Origin: a virus
Taxonomy: Duplodnaviria; Caudoviricetes
DNA length: 39,131 nt
Reading direction: 5' to 3' (one strand)
IMG/VR virus record: IMGVR_UViG_3300007973_000005
Coordinates: 1 to 39,131 of that record
Numbering within the stretch: position 1 is the first letter of the stretch; every line of letters starts with the position of its first letter. The translations under genes were made by a program, and so were the position numbers. Below the pieces are notes generated by a model that saw nothing but the letters and a program-made list of their open reading frames with translations, had not been told where the DNA came from and did no database searches. Positions 1 through 9,448 of this stretch are shown here, one piece after another.

Positions 1-39
1 CTCGAACGCATTTTTCCACACAATTTATGAAATTAGGAA

Positions 40-489
40 ATGGCGAGACAGCCAAAACCGACAGCCCTAAAAATTCTACACGGTGATTTTGCCAAGAATC
101 CCAAACGCAGGAACAAGGCAGAGCCGCAAGTGCCCGCCGAAACTCCGGACTGTCCAGCATGGATGAAGGGTGATGCTCGAAAAGAGTGGATCAGGATCAT
201 GGCGGAAATTAAATCCATGAAAGTGATGACACTTCCTGATCGTGCCGCGATGGAACAGTATTGCGTTTTGTACGGGACTTGGAGAGACGCATTGAGGGCA
301 GTGGCAAGGGAGGGGGCTGTCCTAAGCTCAGAACATGGATCGTATGAAAACCCATCGTCGAAAATCGCCCTGAGATGCTCGGCGGAAATGCACAAATATC
401 TTTGCCAGTTCGGACTAACTCCGGCCTCAAGATCACGGGTAAACGTCACACAAGAAACAGCACCAGCAAGGATGAGACGACAGCGTTGA
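40..489 (+). CDS. terS: terminase small subunit (P27 family-like)
   Basis: N-terminal RQPKPTALKILHG, P-x-W-L/M...ARKEW and C-terminal FGLTPASRSR motifs; first gene of the packaging operon. Confidence 0.9.
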   Translation: MARQPKPTALKILHGDFAKNPKRRNKAEPQVPAETPDCPAWMKGDARKEWIRIMAEIKSMKVMTLPDRAAMEQYCVLYGTWRDALRAVAREGAVLSSEHGSYENPSSKIALRCSAEMHKYLCQFGLTPASRSRVNVTQETAPARMRRQR

Positions 490-2168
490 AAATCGACAAA
501 GTCACAAAGCGATGGATTCGAAACGAAGCCGACGAAAGAGCGGCTGCGAACGGATGCCGCATGGACGAAGCTCGTGGCCAGTTCGTAATTGACTGGGCGC
601 GGGACAATCTTGTTCTGTGGGAAGGTGACTGTGCCGGTTTGCCGTTGATTGCCAGCGACTGGCAAGCCGATTGTGCGATGCGGCTATTCGGCTGGGTTAA
701 GATGTCCGCACGGTGGAAACGCGAGGTGCGGCGATTCCGAGAGGCGTTGATTGGCAAGCCGAAGAAGAACAAGAAGTCGCCGACCGTTGCCTGGTGGGAT
801 TTGTATTTGCTCGATGGCGACGGTGAGCCAGGGCAAAACGTTTACACGGCAGCCAAGGACGGGCAGCAGGCTCGAATTGTTCAGGGCCACGCAATCAAGA
901 TGGTTCAGGCATCACCGACACTGTCGGCCTACATGCGAATCAACAAAACCGATTCAAGCATTACGGTTGACGAAACTAACTCAGCAATGAGAATTTTGAG
1001 CAGCGACAACGTTGCCTCTCAAAAGTCAAAGGAGGGGCTGAACGGTTCTTGTTCAGTGGACGAAATCCACGTTGTCGATGCTGAGTTTATGAAGCGAATC
1101 AGCCGCATGGGCATCAGTCGTTCGGAACCAATGATTATCCAAGTTACAACAGCCGGAAACGATCCAACAAGCTACGGAAAGCAGCGTTACGACTACGGCA
1201 AGCGGGTCGAGTCCGGAGCATTCGAAAACGAGTCATTTTTTTTTGACTGGCATGAGGCTCCATTTGATCTGACCGACGATGATTTGAAGAAAGACCCGAT
1301 CAAGTTTGGCATGATGGCCAATCCGGCCTGGGGCCACACTGTTGGAGAAGAGGAATTCATTTCGGACCTGCAGAGCTGCGATACCCCGTCAGCGTTGCGA
1401 ACGTTCAAAATGTACCGGCTCAACATCTGGCAGCAATCATCAAATCCATTTCTGCAGGCCCACGACTGGGAGGCTTGCCAGCGTGATGTGTCGTGGGAGC
1501 ATCTTGAAACGCTGCCATGCTGGGCGGGTCTTGACTTGTCACGAACTCGCGACTTAACGGCGTTGTGTCTTTGCTTCAAGGACCATGACGGCACGCTTCA
1601 CTTTCGATGGTGGTTCTGGATGCCTGAAGACACAGCAAAACAGCGTGTCGCGGCTGCTCCGTTCACTGACTGGGAGCATGACGAAAAGGCTCAATTGACC
1701 CTGACAGATGGAGACTGGATCGACTATGATTATGTCTGGTCGACGCTCTGCGAAATTGGACAACGGTTTCAGATTCAAAAACTACTTTACGACAAGCGAT
1801 TCGCAGACTATCTAATTCAGCGGGTGATGGTTGGAGAGCAGAACAGCGACGGGACGTGGAAGCATCGGCCTGCAGAGTTTCCGATTGAGGAATGTGGACA
1901 AGGCCCGTTCATTTTGAATGAGCCAATCGAGGAATTCGAAAAGCTGGTGATGTCTCACAAGTTGACGCATGATGGAAACCCAATAGCCGCATGGCAGGCC
2001 AGCAACGTGACAAGGGGGAAGAATGGCCTGCTCTGCAAACCTAACGGGAAAGATGATGTCAGGACAATCGACGGAATGCAGGCAGCCGTCATGGCTCTTG
2101 CTGGTGTCGAAAAGGGTGAGTCAAGCTTTGCATATTCCACCGCCGGTTCAGGCGTCGTTCTTTTCTAA
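486..2168 (+). CDS. terL: terminase large subunit
   Basis: Walker A-like PKKNKKS, Walker B SVDEIH, coupling motif TTAG, nuclease GLDLS and IDGMQA; start placed at TTG 486, which overlaps the terS stop (TTGA). Confidence 0.92.
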   Translation: MKIDKVTKRWIRNEADERAAANGCRMDEARGQFVIDWARDNLVLWEGDCAGLPLIASDWQADCAMRLFGWVKMSARWKREVRRFREALIGKPKKNKKSPTVAWWDLYLLDGDGEPGQNVYTAAKDGQQARIVQGHAIKMVQASPTLSAYMRINKTDSSITVDETNSAMRILSSDNVASQKSKEGLNGSCSVDEIHVVDAEFMKRISRMGISRSEPMIIQVTTAGNDPTSYGKQRYDYGKRVESGAFENESFFFDWHEAPFDLTDDDLKKDPIKFGMMANPAWGHTVGEEEFISDLQSCDTPSALRTFKMYRLNIWQQSSNPFLQAHDWEACQRDVSWEHLETLPCWAGLDLSRTRDLTALCLCFKDHDGTLHFRWWFWMPEDTAKQRVAAAPFTDWEHDEKAQLTLTDGDWIDYDYVWSTLCEIGQRFQIQKLLYDKRFADYLIQRVMVGEQNSDGTWKHRPAEFPIEECGQGPFILNEPIEEFEKLVMSHKLTHDGNPIAAWQASNVTRGKNGLLCKPNGKDDVRTIDGMQAAVMALAGVEKGESSFAYSTAGSGVVLF

Positions 2169-2178
2169 GGTGCTTTGA

Positions 2179-3813
2179 ATGTACGGCGTTTCTGAAATCA
2201 TCGCGAATCCATCCCCGATCGGCAGCGGTCTGCAGAACTTGTCGGCGCGTGACGCAGGAGGGTGGACTTCAATCATTGGTGGCGGCAAGTCATCGGCAGG
2301 CGTCCGGGTTACTCCGATGTCAGCGATGGGGTATCCACCGCTCTGGCGTGCAATCAACCTGATCAGTTCCCGAGTTTCGTGTCTACCGTTTGACTGCTTT
2401 AAGCGAGACGGAAGCGACCGGCAATATGATGAGCAGCATCCAGCCAACATCATGTTTTCCGGCGACATGAACGAGAACATGGACGCGGGCACGTTCATTG
2501 AAGTCATCACGGCAATGGCTGCACTGTATGGAAACGGGTACGCAGTGATCGACAGAGACTCACGCGGCAATCCGCTTGAAATGTATTTGCTCGATCCGCA
2601 GAAGACATTCCCGGCCATGTATGACGGCGTTTTGTGGTACGTCACGCGAATCGAAAGTGAGGAAATCCGATTTCCGCAGAGAGACGTTTACCACTACAAA
2701 GGATTAAGCCACAACGGCATTCAGGGCATGAACGTCATTGACATCATGAAAGACGCACTTGGCGTCGGCATGGCGGCTCAGCAGTTTGGCGGGCGATTCT
2801 TTGGTCAGGGGTCAAACGCTGGCGGTATCCTGATGATTCCAGGGCACTTCAGCGAAGAAAAGATCAGGAACACCATCGACGCATGGGAGAAGATGACGCA
2901 GGGGCTGCAGAAGGCTCATAAGGTCGCACTGCTGCAGGACGGGGCGAAGTTTCAGCAATTGACGATCACCAACGATCAAGCCCAGTTTCTTGAAACGCGG
3001 CAATACGAAATCCGGGCAACTGTGGGAAACATTTACGGCATTCCACCGCACAAGCTCGGAGACGATACCCGCACAAGCCACAACAGTCTGGAGTCAGAGA
3101 ATCAATCTCTGCTGGATGACTGCCTCAACGTTTGGCTGAAGCGTCACGAGCGAGAGGCGAAGCGGAAGCTGCTGACCGATCGGCAGCGAAAAAACAATAC
3201 TCACTTCTTTGAGTTCAACCGAGAAGCGTTGATTCAGATGAGCTTTGAAACGAAGGTCAATGGAATCTATCGTCAGACGGAAATGGGCCTGATCACATGG
3301 AATGAAGGCCGGAGAATGATGAACATGCCTGACATTGGACCTGACGGAGATAAGCGTTTTCATCCGGCGAACTGGATGGAGGACGGTATTGAACCTGTTC
3401 AAAAGCCTGCTCAACCCATGCAGAACCCCGCGCAAAGTCCAGACAAAACACCACCTGAAACGCCACAGAACAACGTTTTGCGGGCCATGATTGCCAGTTC
3501 CGTGACAAACGCTCTACGGATTGAGTCTGACCGTGTTGTTCGTGCTGCAAAGCGGCCTGATGCGTTTCTGTCGTCAGTCGATGCCATCTATGAAACATGG
3601 ACTGACACATTTACGGCGGATCTCGGCTGGCAGTCGGCCGATACGGTCGTGGCGATTGCCAAGCATACAGAGGAAAGCAAACGCCAAGTCATGGACGTGG
3701 CTGGAGTGGCGACAAGTTCAACGCTGGAGACTCACGTCAGGGATCTGGTTGCGTGCTGGTCTGATCGTGGGCAAATTCTGGTTGATAATCTTTTGAAGGC
3801 GGCAGTGAAATGA
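2179..3813 (+). CDS. HK97-family portal protein with C-terminal extension
   Basis: LYGNGYAVIDRD, F.QGSNAGGIL, DQAQFLETRQY, YGIPPHKLG, ITWNEGRRMMNM motifs; follows terL. Confidence 0.93.
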   Translation: MYGVSEIIANPSPIGSGLQNLSARDAGGWTSIIGGGKSSAGVRVTPMSAMGYPPLWRAINLISSRVSCLPFDCFKRDGSDRQYDEQHPANIMFSGDMNENMDAGTFIEVITAMAALYGNGYAVIDRDSRGNPLEMYLLDPQKTFPAMYDGVLWYVTRIESEEIRFPQRDVYHYKGLSHNGIQGMNVIDIMKDALGVGMAAQQFGGRFFGQGSNAGGILMIPGHFSEEKIRNTIDAWEKMTQGLQKAHKVALLQDGAKFQQLTITNDQAQFLETRQYEIRATVGNIYGIPPHKLGDDTRTSHNSLESENQSLLDDCLNVWLKRHEREAKRKLLTDRQRKNNTHFFEFNREALIQMSFETKVNGIYRQTEMGLITWNEGRRMMNMPDIGPDGDKRFHPANWMEDGIEPVQKPAQPMQNPAQSPDKTPPETPQNNVLRAMIASSVTNALRIESDRVVRAAKRPDAFLSSVDAIYETWTDTFTADLGWQSADTVVAIAKHTEESKRQVMDVAGVATSSTLETHVRDLVACWSDRGQILVDNLLKAAVK

Positions 3814-4496
3814 GACCACAAACGAAACTCACGGCAACGATTCCATCGCTGCGAGATTCCGTATTTGATTCGAACTTCAAAATCACTTGCTCCGTGCAAT
3901 CTGACAGCGTAGACGTGTGGCTTCATGGCATTGTGGGCGACGAATACACGCAAACGGATTCGGCATCGATCAGTAAAGTACTGATGTCGAATCGTGGCAA
4001 GCCATTGAACCTTTACGTCAATTCCCCTGGCGGGCTGGCCTATGACGGCGTTGCCATTTTTAACGCGATTCAGGCTCACACGGGACCGACGACAGGCATT
4101 ATTGAAGGGCTGGCAGGATCGGCGGCCAGTCTCGCTGTAATGGCCTGCGATACGATCAAAGCCTATGCTACAAGCAAGTTCCATCCGCACTATTCGCTGT
4201 GCATCGCGATGGGCCATAAGGCTGACATTGCAGACACGCTGCTGATGATGGAAAAGCTTGACGCGGATCTTGAACAACTTTACGCAACTCGCACGGGCAA
4301 TTCGGTCGAGGTTACAAAATCGCATTTGATAGGCCCGCATGGCGATGGAACGCACTTTACAGCGGCTGAAGCAAAGGCGGCAGGCTATGTTGATGAGGTG
4401 ATTCAGATCACCGGCAAGGCTCCGCAGGGCAGCAAGCCAAAGAACTCTGTCAGTGCCGATCGCTTGCGAATGTGGAAACGAGCATTGACACGGTGA
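3810..4496 (+). CDS. ClpP-like head maturation protease
   Basis: VNSPGG, GLAGSAAS (catalytic Ser region), FTAAEAKAAGYVDEV; lies between portal and capsid. Confidence 0.9.
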   Translation: MRPQTKLTATIPSLRDSVFDSNFKITCSVQSDSVDVWLHGIVGDEYTQTDSASISKVLMSNRGKPLNLYVNSPGGLAYDGVAIFNAIQAHTGPTTGIIEGLAGSAASLAVMACDTIKAYATSKFHPHYSLCIAMGHKADIADTLLMMEKLDADLEQLYATRTGNSVEVTKSHLIGPHGDGTHFTAAEAKAAGYVDEVIQITGKAPQGSKPKNSVSADRLRMWKRALTR

Positions 4497-4576
4497 CATA
4501 CATCCGCTAACAATTCACGCATCAGCTCAGCGACCCATGAGGGCACGCGGGCAAATTTCGATCTGATGTTCATGAG

Positions 4577-4668
4577 AAGCGTCAATCGTTTTCAGTCTTG
4601 GTATTTCCAACACTGTCAGCGACTGACGCTTTTTCTGTTGGTCCTGACGCAAAGTCAAAGGACTAACA
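4577..4668 (+). promoter_or_regulatory. structured leader of the capsid gene: terminator-like hairpin followed by an RBS-sequestering hairpin
   Basis: AAGCGTCA(4577-84)/TGACGCTT(4624-31) stem followed by a T-run; TGTTGGTCCT(4636-45)/AGGACTAACA(4659-68) 10-bp stem covers the SD-like AGGA. Confidence 0.55.
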
Positions 4669-6111
4669 ATGGACGAATTTCAGAAACTGGTCGGCGAGCG
4701 AACCACGCTGCTTGACCAAGCTCAGGCACTGGTTGACGCGGGCGTAACGGCTGGCTCACTCAGCGAAGACGATGACAAGAAAATCGGGGAATTGCACACT
4801 CAGGCAGAAGCCCTGACTGCAAAAATCAACGATCTTCAGGCCGCAAACGATCGAGCCGCAAAAGCTCAGGACGCTCAGAACAAGCTGAAGGCAACTCGTC
4901 TGAATCCGCTTGTGAACCGAATCAGAATGATCGGCACGAATGCTCCTGCAATGCCATCGAATGGCGGCAACGGTGCGTTTAAGCTGCCCGCCAATGTTCG
5001 CCGGGCAAACCCCAGCAACTTCGCTCCGCACGCTGACGAAGCAGGACGGCAGCCGGTTGAACGTGCTTACCGTTTTGGCCAGTGGGCACTCGCCACCGCC
5101 ACAATGTGTATGCCGGGCAAGTTCCAGTTTTACAACTCAGTTGAGTTCTGTCAGCAGAACGGGCTGATGAATGTCCACGGTGAAGGCGGCGGCGACGTTT
5201 CCGGGGCTGGCATTTTTGTCCCGGACGAATTTTCGACGGACATTATCAGGCTTGTCGAGCAATACGGCGTTCTACGTCGGCTCGTTCCAGCAACATTGAT
5301 GACTTCGGAGACAAAGACGACTCCGCGACGTGTCGGCGGGCTAACTGCCTATGCAGTCGGTGAAAATTCAGCCGGAACAGAGTCAGACGCTGAGTGGAAC
5401 GAAGTGAAGCTCGTTGCCAAAAAGTGGATGGTTCTCACTCGCATGAGTAACGAACTGGCCGAAGATTCCGTGGTCTCAATTGCCAATGAATTGATTCGCG
5501 AAATCGCTCTGGCATTTGCTTACGCTGAGGACTTGGCGGGCTTCACTGGAACCGGCACATCGACGTTTAACGGCATCGTGGGAATTCTCACGAAGCTTGA
5601 CACGCTGACGGCTGGAACTGCTCCGGGCCTGATTCTTGGTGCGGGCAATGCCTACAGTGAACTGACGCTGGCAAACTTCAGCAGCGTTGTGGCTGCTTTG
5701 CCACAATACGCCGCTGCAAACCCTCGCTGGACATGCCATCGCACGTTCTTTTACAACGTGATGCAGCCTCTGGCGCTGGCTGCCGGCGGAACGACTGCTG
5801 CCGACATCGCCAACGGCATCGCAGCACAGTTCCTTGGGTACGCTGTTGAGTTTTCTCAGGTGATGCCATCGGTGGCAGCAAACAGCCAGATTCCCGTTAT
5901 CTTTGGTGATCTCGCGTTGGGCTGCCAGTTCGGTGATCGTCGCATGATGAACATCGAATTTAGTGATCAGGTTTCCGTGGGCGGTCAGTCCGTTTGGGAA
6001 CGCGATCAGATTGCAGTGAAGGCGACCAGCCGAAACGATTTTGTGTGCCACGACTTCGGAACCAACTCGGCTGCAGGGCCGATTGTTGGTCTGGAAATGG
6101 CCGGAAGCTAA
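4669..6111 (+). CDS. HK97-fold major capsid protein with N-terminal coiled-coil scaffold (delta) domain
   Basis: GAGIFVPDEFSTDII, AYAVGE, MSNELAED, FLGYAVEFS, IFGDL motifs; RBS AAGGA. Confidence 0.93.
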   Translation: MDEFQKLVGERTTLLDQAQALVDAGVTAGSLSEDDDKKIGELHTQAEALTAKINDLQAANDRAAKAQDAQNKLKATRLNPLVNRIRMIGTNAPAMPSNGGNGAFKLPANVRRANPSNFAPHADEAGRQPVERAYRFGQWALATATMCMPGKFQFYNSVEFCQQNGLMNVHGEGGGDVSGAGIFVPDEFSTDIIRLVEQYGVLRRLVPATLMTSETKTTPRRVGGLTAYAVGENSAGTESDAEWNEVKLVAKKWMVLTRMSNELAEDSVVSIANELIREIALAFAYAEDLAGFTGTGTSTFNGIVGILTKLDTLTAGTAPGLILGAGNAYSELTLANFSSVVAALPQYAAANPRWTCHRTFFYNVMQPLALAAGGTTAADIANGIAAQFLGYAVEFSQVMPSVAANSQIPVIFGDLALGCQFGDRRMMNIEFSDQVSVGGQSVWERDQIAVKATSRNDFVCHDFGTNSAAGPIVGLEMAGS

Positions 6112-6130
6112 TCGACGGCTGACACGATAC

Positions 6131-6155
6131 GCGGGGCTTCGCGTTGAAGCCCCGC
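6131..6155 (+). terminator. hairpin after the capsid gene (terminator or mRNA-stabilising stem)
   Basis: Perfect 10-bp GCGGGGCTTC/GAAGCCCCGC stem; only a weak T tract. Confidence 0.55.
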
Positions 6156-6189
6156 ACTCTTTGCGAATCATCCTCAAGGGGAAACCATA

Positions 6190-6642
6190 GTGAATAATCT
6201 TGACTTCAAACTTGTGAGCATCACGCCACCAGCGGCGATCTCGGACAATGCAACGCTGACAACGGGCGAGATTGACACACTCGGTTGGTCGTACCTGACC
6301 ATTGTTGTCTACGAAGGTGCGACAGACATTGCAATGGCTGCATTGTCTGTTACGCAGTCCGATACCGCAGGCAGCGGCCACGCCAACGTGACCGGACTCA
6401 TCTGGGGCACATCAACAAACATCGACGGCAGCACGTCAGCCCTGCCTTCTGCAACCGATGACAACTTGTTCCAAGTTGCTCAGATCGACCTGAAGGGCAA
6501 AAAGCGTTACATCGACGTGACAGCCACGACTGGCGACGGTGCCGCCGGAACTTACATCGCAATTCTTGGCATTCTTAGCCGTCCGCAGGTTTCACCGATT
6601 TCAGCATCTGAAGCCGGTGCAAACGAAATTCTGCGAGCGTAA
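6190..6642 (+). CDS. putative head decoration/capsid-associated protein
   Basis: 150 aa, Thr/Ala/Gly-rich and beta-like, with KKRYI motif; immediately after the capsid gene. Confidence 0.6.
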   Translation: MNNLDFKLVSITPPAAISDNATLTTGEIDTLGWSYLTIVVYEGATDIAMAALSVTQSDTAGSGHANVTGLIWGTSTNIDGSTSALPSATDDNLFQVAQIDLKGKKRYIDVTATTGDGAAGTYIAILGILSRPQVSPISASEAGANEILRA

Positions 6643-6645
6643 ACC

Positions 6646-6816
6646 ATGCACACAATCACGTTCCTCCGTGGTTGGCAAGGGCGGGCCGTGGGGTCGCAAG
6701 ACTCCCGGCTACCTCTTGGCATCATGAAAACTCTGGTTATGGCTGGGACTGCTGAGTTTACGACTCAGGGTATCCAGCCACAGCATCAAGCAAAGAAGCA
6801 TCGATCGAAACGATGA
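6646..6816 (+). CDS. small hypothetical protein (56 aa, MHTITFLRGWQGRAVG...)
   Basis: Absent from the ORF track; fills the gap, and its TGA overlaps the next ATG (ATGA). Confidence 0.6.
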   Translation: MHTITFLRGWQGRAVGSQDSRLPLGIMKTLVMAGTAEFTTQGIQPQHQAKKHRSKR

Positions 6817-7385
6817 GCACAACCTACAAAGTCACGACGGAGCCGACGACTGAGCCAATCACATTGGACCAGTTCAAAGACGCTTTGCGCGTGACTGGTT
6901 GTGACTTCGATGAACAGCTCACCGAACTGCTGAAAGTGTGCCGCAAGCAGGTAGAGCATGACAGCTATCGAAAGCTGATCACTCAGACGGTTACGTTGTA
7001 CATGGACGACTTTCCGGATGAGGACGAAATTGAAATTCGTCTTGCTCCGGTGTCAGCAATCAACTTTGTGAAGTATTACGACGAATCAGAAACGTTGCAG
7101 ACGTTGCCAGTCGGCGATTACTGGACGAATCTGATTGAAACACCGCCGGAGATCGAACTGAAACTTGGCTATTCATGGCCAATGGTTCAGATCGAGCGAC
7201 CAAACGCCGTCCAGGTTGAAATGGTTTGCGGATACGGGGCAGCGTCTGCCGTTCCGGTCGAAGCGAAACTGGCAATCAAAGAACTTGGCAAGATGAACTG
7301 GAAGGACTGCACAGGGAGCCGGGCAGTCTATGACAGACTGATGAATCAGTTGGCGTGGACGGGTTACGGAGTGGCACAGGGATGA
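6813..7385 (+). CDS. head-tail connector (gp6/phiE125 gp8-like)
   Basis: EPITLDQFKDALRV, LITQT, AVQVEMVCGYG...VP motifs. Confidence 0.85.
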   Translation: MSTTYKVTTEPTTEPITLDQFKDALRVTGCDFDEQLTELLKVCRKQVEHDSYRKLITQTVTLYMDDFPDEDEIEIRLAPVSAINFVKYYDESETLQTLPVGDYWTNLIETPPEIELKLGYSWPMVQIERPNAVQVEMVCGYGAASAVPVEAKLAIKELGKMNWKDCTGSRAVYDRLMNQLAWTGYGVAQG

Positions 7386-7726
7386 AATGCCTTTCCGAGT
7401 ATGACAAAAAGGTGACGATTCAAAAGGCTGTCGGCACTGCAGACGCTCACGGTCATGTCGATCTGACAACGGGAAGCAACTGGCAAACCTATGCAACTGC
7501 GTTTTGTAAAGTGATCACAAAGGGCGGTAGAGAGTTCTGGAAAGTGCAGCAGGTCAACGCGGACACGGATCAGGCATGGACGACGCAATGGTCAAAGACA
7601 ATTCAAAACGTTACGCCTGACATGCGGCTTGTTTTTGAGGGAAACACGTACGAGATCCTGACGGCAATCGATGTAAACATGGACCACGAAGAGATTCAGA
7701 TTCTGACACGTCGTAAGGTGGTGTGA
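7382..7726 (+). CDS. head closure / head-tail adaptor (SPP1 gp16-like)
   Basis: KVTIQ, GGREF, VTPDMRLVFEGNTYEI; start placed at ATG 7382 overlapping the upstream stop. Confidence 0.85.
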   Translation: MKCLSEYDKKVTIQKAVGTADAHGHVDLTTGSNWQTYATAFCKVITKGGREFWKVQQVNADTDQAWTTQWSKTIQNVTPDMRLVFEGNTYEILTAIDVNMDHEEIQILTRRKVV

Positions 7727-8220
7727 TGTCTGCGGTATCGGGCGTGGGAGAACTCGACAAGCTATTCCGAGAATTGTCAAAAGGCGTAGCAAACAAAATC
7801 GCACGGCCGGGGCTTGTAAAAGCTGGCAGAGTTGCGGCAAAGAAGGTCAAGGCGAGCATTCCAAGCAGATTCAAGACCATCCGCAAGGCAATCAGATCGC
7901 GTTCAGTCAAAACAAAATTTAACGGCGGTGTGGCAGGCGTAAAGGTCGGGGCGGGGGTAGCCCGGAAGAAGGAATCAGACAAGAGTAGAAGCGGAAAAAA
8001 AGGCGTCGGAATCGGTGCCCGCAACGTGCATTGGTGGTTTGTTGGAACTGGTGAGCGAAAGACAAAATCAGGCAAGAGAACGGGACTCATGCCGAAGCAG
8101 GCTGTCGGGGTTTCTGATGTATTGATGTCCGCAAAGGGCGAGCTGAACGAAATCATTCGACGTGGGATAGAAAAAGGGATTTGGAAAGAAACGGTTAAGC
8201 AGGCCAGAAAACAACTATGA
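7723..8220 (+). CDS. HK97 gp10-like tail completion/neck protein
   Basis: VSGVGELDKLFREL, basic composition, HWWFVGT; synteny. Confidence 0.75.
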   Translation: MMSAVSGVGELDKLFRELSKGVANKIARPGLVKAGRVAAKKVKASIPSRFKTIRKAIRSRSVKTKFNGGVAGVKVGAGVARKKESDKSRSGKKGVGIGARNVHWWFVGTGERKTKSGKRTGLMPKQAVGVSDVLMSAKGELNEIIRRGIEKGIWKETVKQARKQL

Positions 8221-8618
8221 AAAGCGGACTGGTGTCATTGCTGGCAGGAGAATCGACGGTTAACGCAATTTGCGGATCGCGAGTCTACGTCAACAAGGCA
8301 CCACAGAAAGCCACGTTTCCGCACATCGTCATCACGCAGATGAGCAGTGAAGAAAACGGAAGCATGGACGGCGGATCGGGGCAGCTTCGATTTATTAACT
8401 TCGACATTGATTGCAGGGCGACAACCAGCGTCAAGGCGGACGAATTGGCCACTGCGGTCAGGGTGTTTATCGACGACTACTCCGGAGCGGCTGGAAGTTA
8501 CACAATCGGTGCAGTCGTGATGAACGATGAAAGCGACGACTACGAATCACCGCAGGATGGTTCTGATATTGGCGTCCATGTTGTGACGCTGGATCTTGAT
8601 GTTCAGTTCAACACATAA
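8217..8618 (+). CDS. tail terminator (DUF3168-like)
   Basis: RVYVNKAPQKATFPHIV, FDIDC; synteny. Confidence 0.8.
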   Translation: MKSGLVSLLAGESTVNAICGSRVYVNKAPQKATFPHIVITQMSSEENGSMDGGSGQLRFINFDIDCRATTSVKADELATAVRVFIDDYSGAAGSYTIGAVVMNDESDDYESPQDGSDIGVHVVTLDLDVQFNT

Positions 8619-8629
8619 GGGAAAAGCAA

Positions 8630-9046
8630 ATGGCTAAACTTCGGTGCAAAGGCACGATCATCAAGCAGACCATTTCAGCATCGCTGACGGCTGTTGCTCA
8701 GATCACTGATTTCAATCATGACGGGGCTGAATCGGAAACCTTCGACGCCACAACGCTCGATACATCCGGAGCCGGAAAAGAGTATAGCCAAACAGGCTAC
8801 TCTGAGGGCGGCAACTTTGGGTTTACCATCTTTTACGATGACACACTGGCCGGTCATCAGGCAATTACGGATCTCGTGACGACTCCCGCTTCATGCGTCT
8901 GGAACATCACGACCACAGCAGCCACAGCGGCAGCTATGGCGTTCACTTCAGCGGGCATTGGGTTTGGGTTCACTGGAGCCATGAACGACGGCTTGAAGGC
9001 TGATGTGAGCCTGAAGATTACCGGCCTGCTTGCATACCAGACATAA
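8630..9046 (+). CDS. major tail (tube) protein
   Basis: ETFDATTLD...KEY...EGGNFGFTIFYD, LKITG; follows the tail terminator gene. Confidence 0.75.
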   Translation: MAKLRCKGTIIKQTISASLTAVAQITDFNHDGAESETFDATTLDTSGAGKEYSQTGYSEGGNFGFTIFYDDTLAGHQAITDLVTTPASCVWNITTTAATAAAMAFTSAGIGFGFTGAMNDGLKADVSLKITGLLAYQT

Positions 9047-9058
9047 CCGGAGGCGGCT

Positions 9059-9448
9059 TTGAAGATCAAGTTCGTGAGATCAGACAACGGCGTGGCAGCA
9101 GCATACGACACGCCAGAATATGCTGAGCAGATCGACAGAAGCTCCGGGCAGCCGTTTTGGAAGCTCGGGGCGGTTGTTTCGGTTGAACGTCGTGGCGCTC
9201 AATTGCTGGTCGGCAATGGCGACTGTGAGCCAGCAGACGAAGAAGCGGAGCAGGCGTGCAAAGGCTGGCGAGAAAAGCGGCCTGACGTGCTGCTGTCTCG
9301 CGAAATGCTGGCCCGTGCAATCGATCCGGAGGACCGCGAACGATTCCGCAACGGGGAAATTCTTGGCTACGACGAAAACGGCAATGACATTCCCGGCCCG
9401 AATTGGATCGAGCCGGACGACGAAGACACTGAAGAGGATAACGAATGA
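9059..9448 (+). CDS. hypothetical tail-region protein
   Basis: RBS GGAGG; stop overlaps the next start; acidic C-terminus. Confidence 0.65.
   Translation: MKIKFVRSDNGVAAAYDTPEYAEQIDRSSGQPFWKLGAVVSVERRGAQLLVGNGDCEPADEEAEQACKGWREKRPDVLLSREMLARAIDPEDRERFRNGEILGYDENGNDIPGPNWIEPDDEDTEEDNE

Noticed and set aside
375-485. N-terminal extension of TerL from 375
   Set aside because: It overlaps terS by over 100 nt and looks non-homologous; TTG 486 coupled to the terS stop is more plausible.
4549-4666. c-di-GMP-I riboswitch call
   Set aside because: The motif-like strings are ~90 nt apart, and neither the GNRA-capped stem nor the downstream pairing strand is evident; kept only as a remark.
5476-6381. 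Long minus-strand ORFs (also 33-665, 3732-4499, 10606-11157, 26407-27009 and others)
   Set aside because: They are antisense to well-supported genes and have no recognisable motifs.
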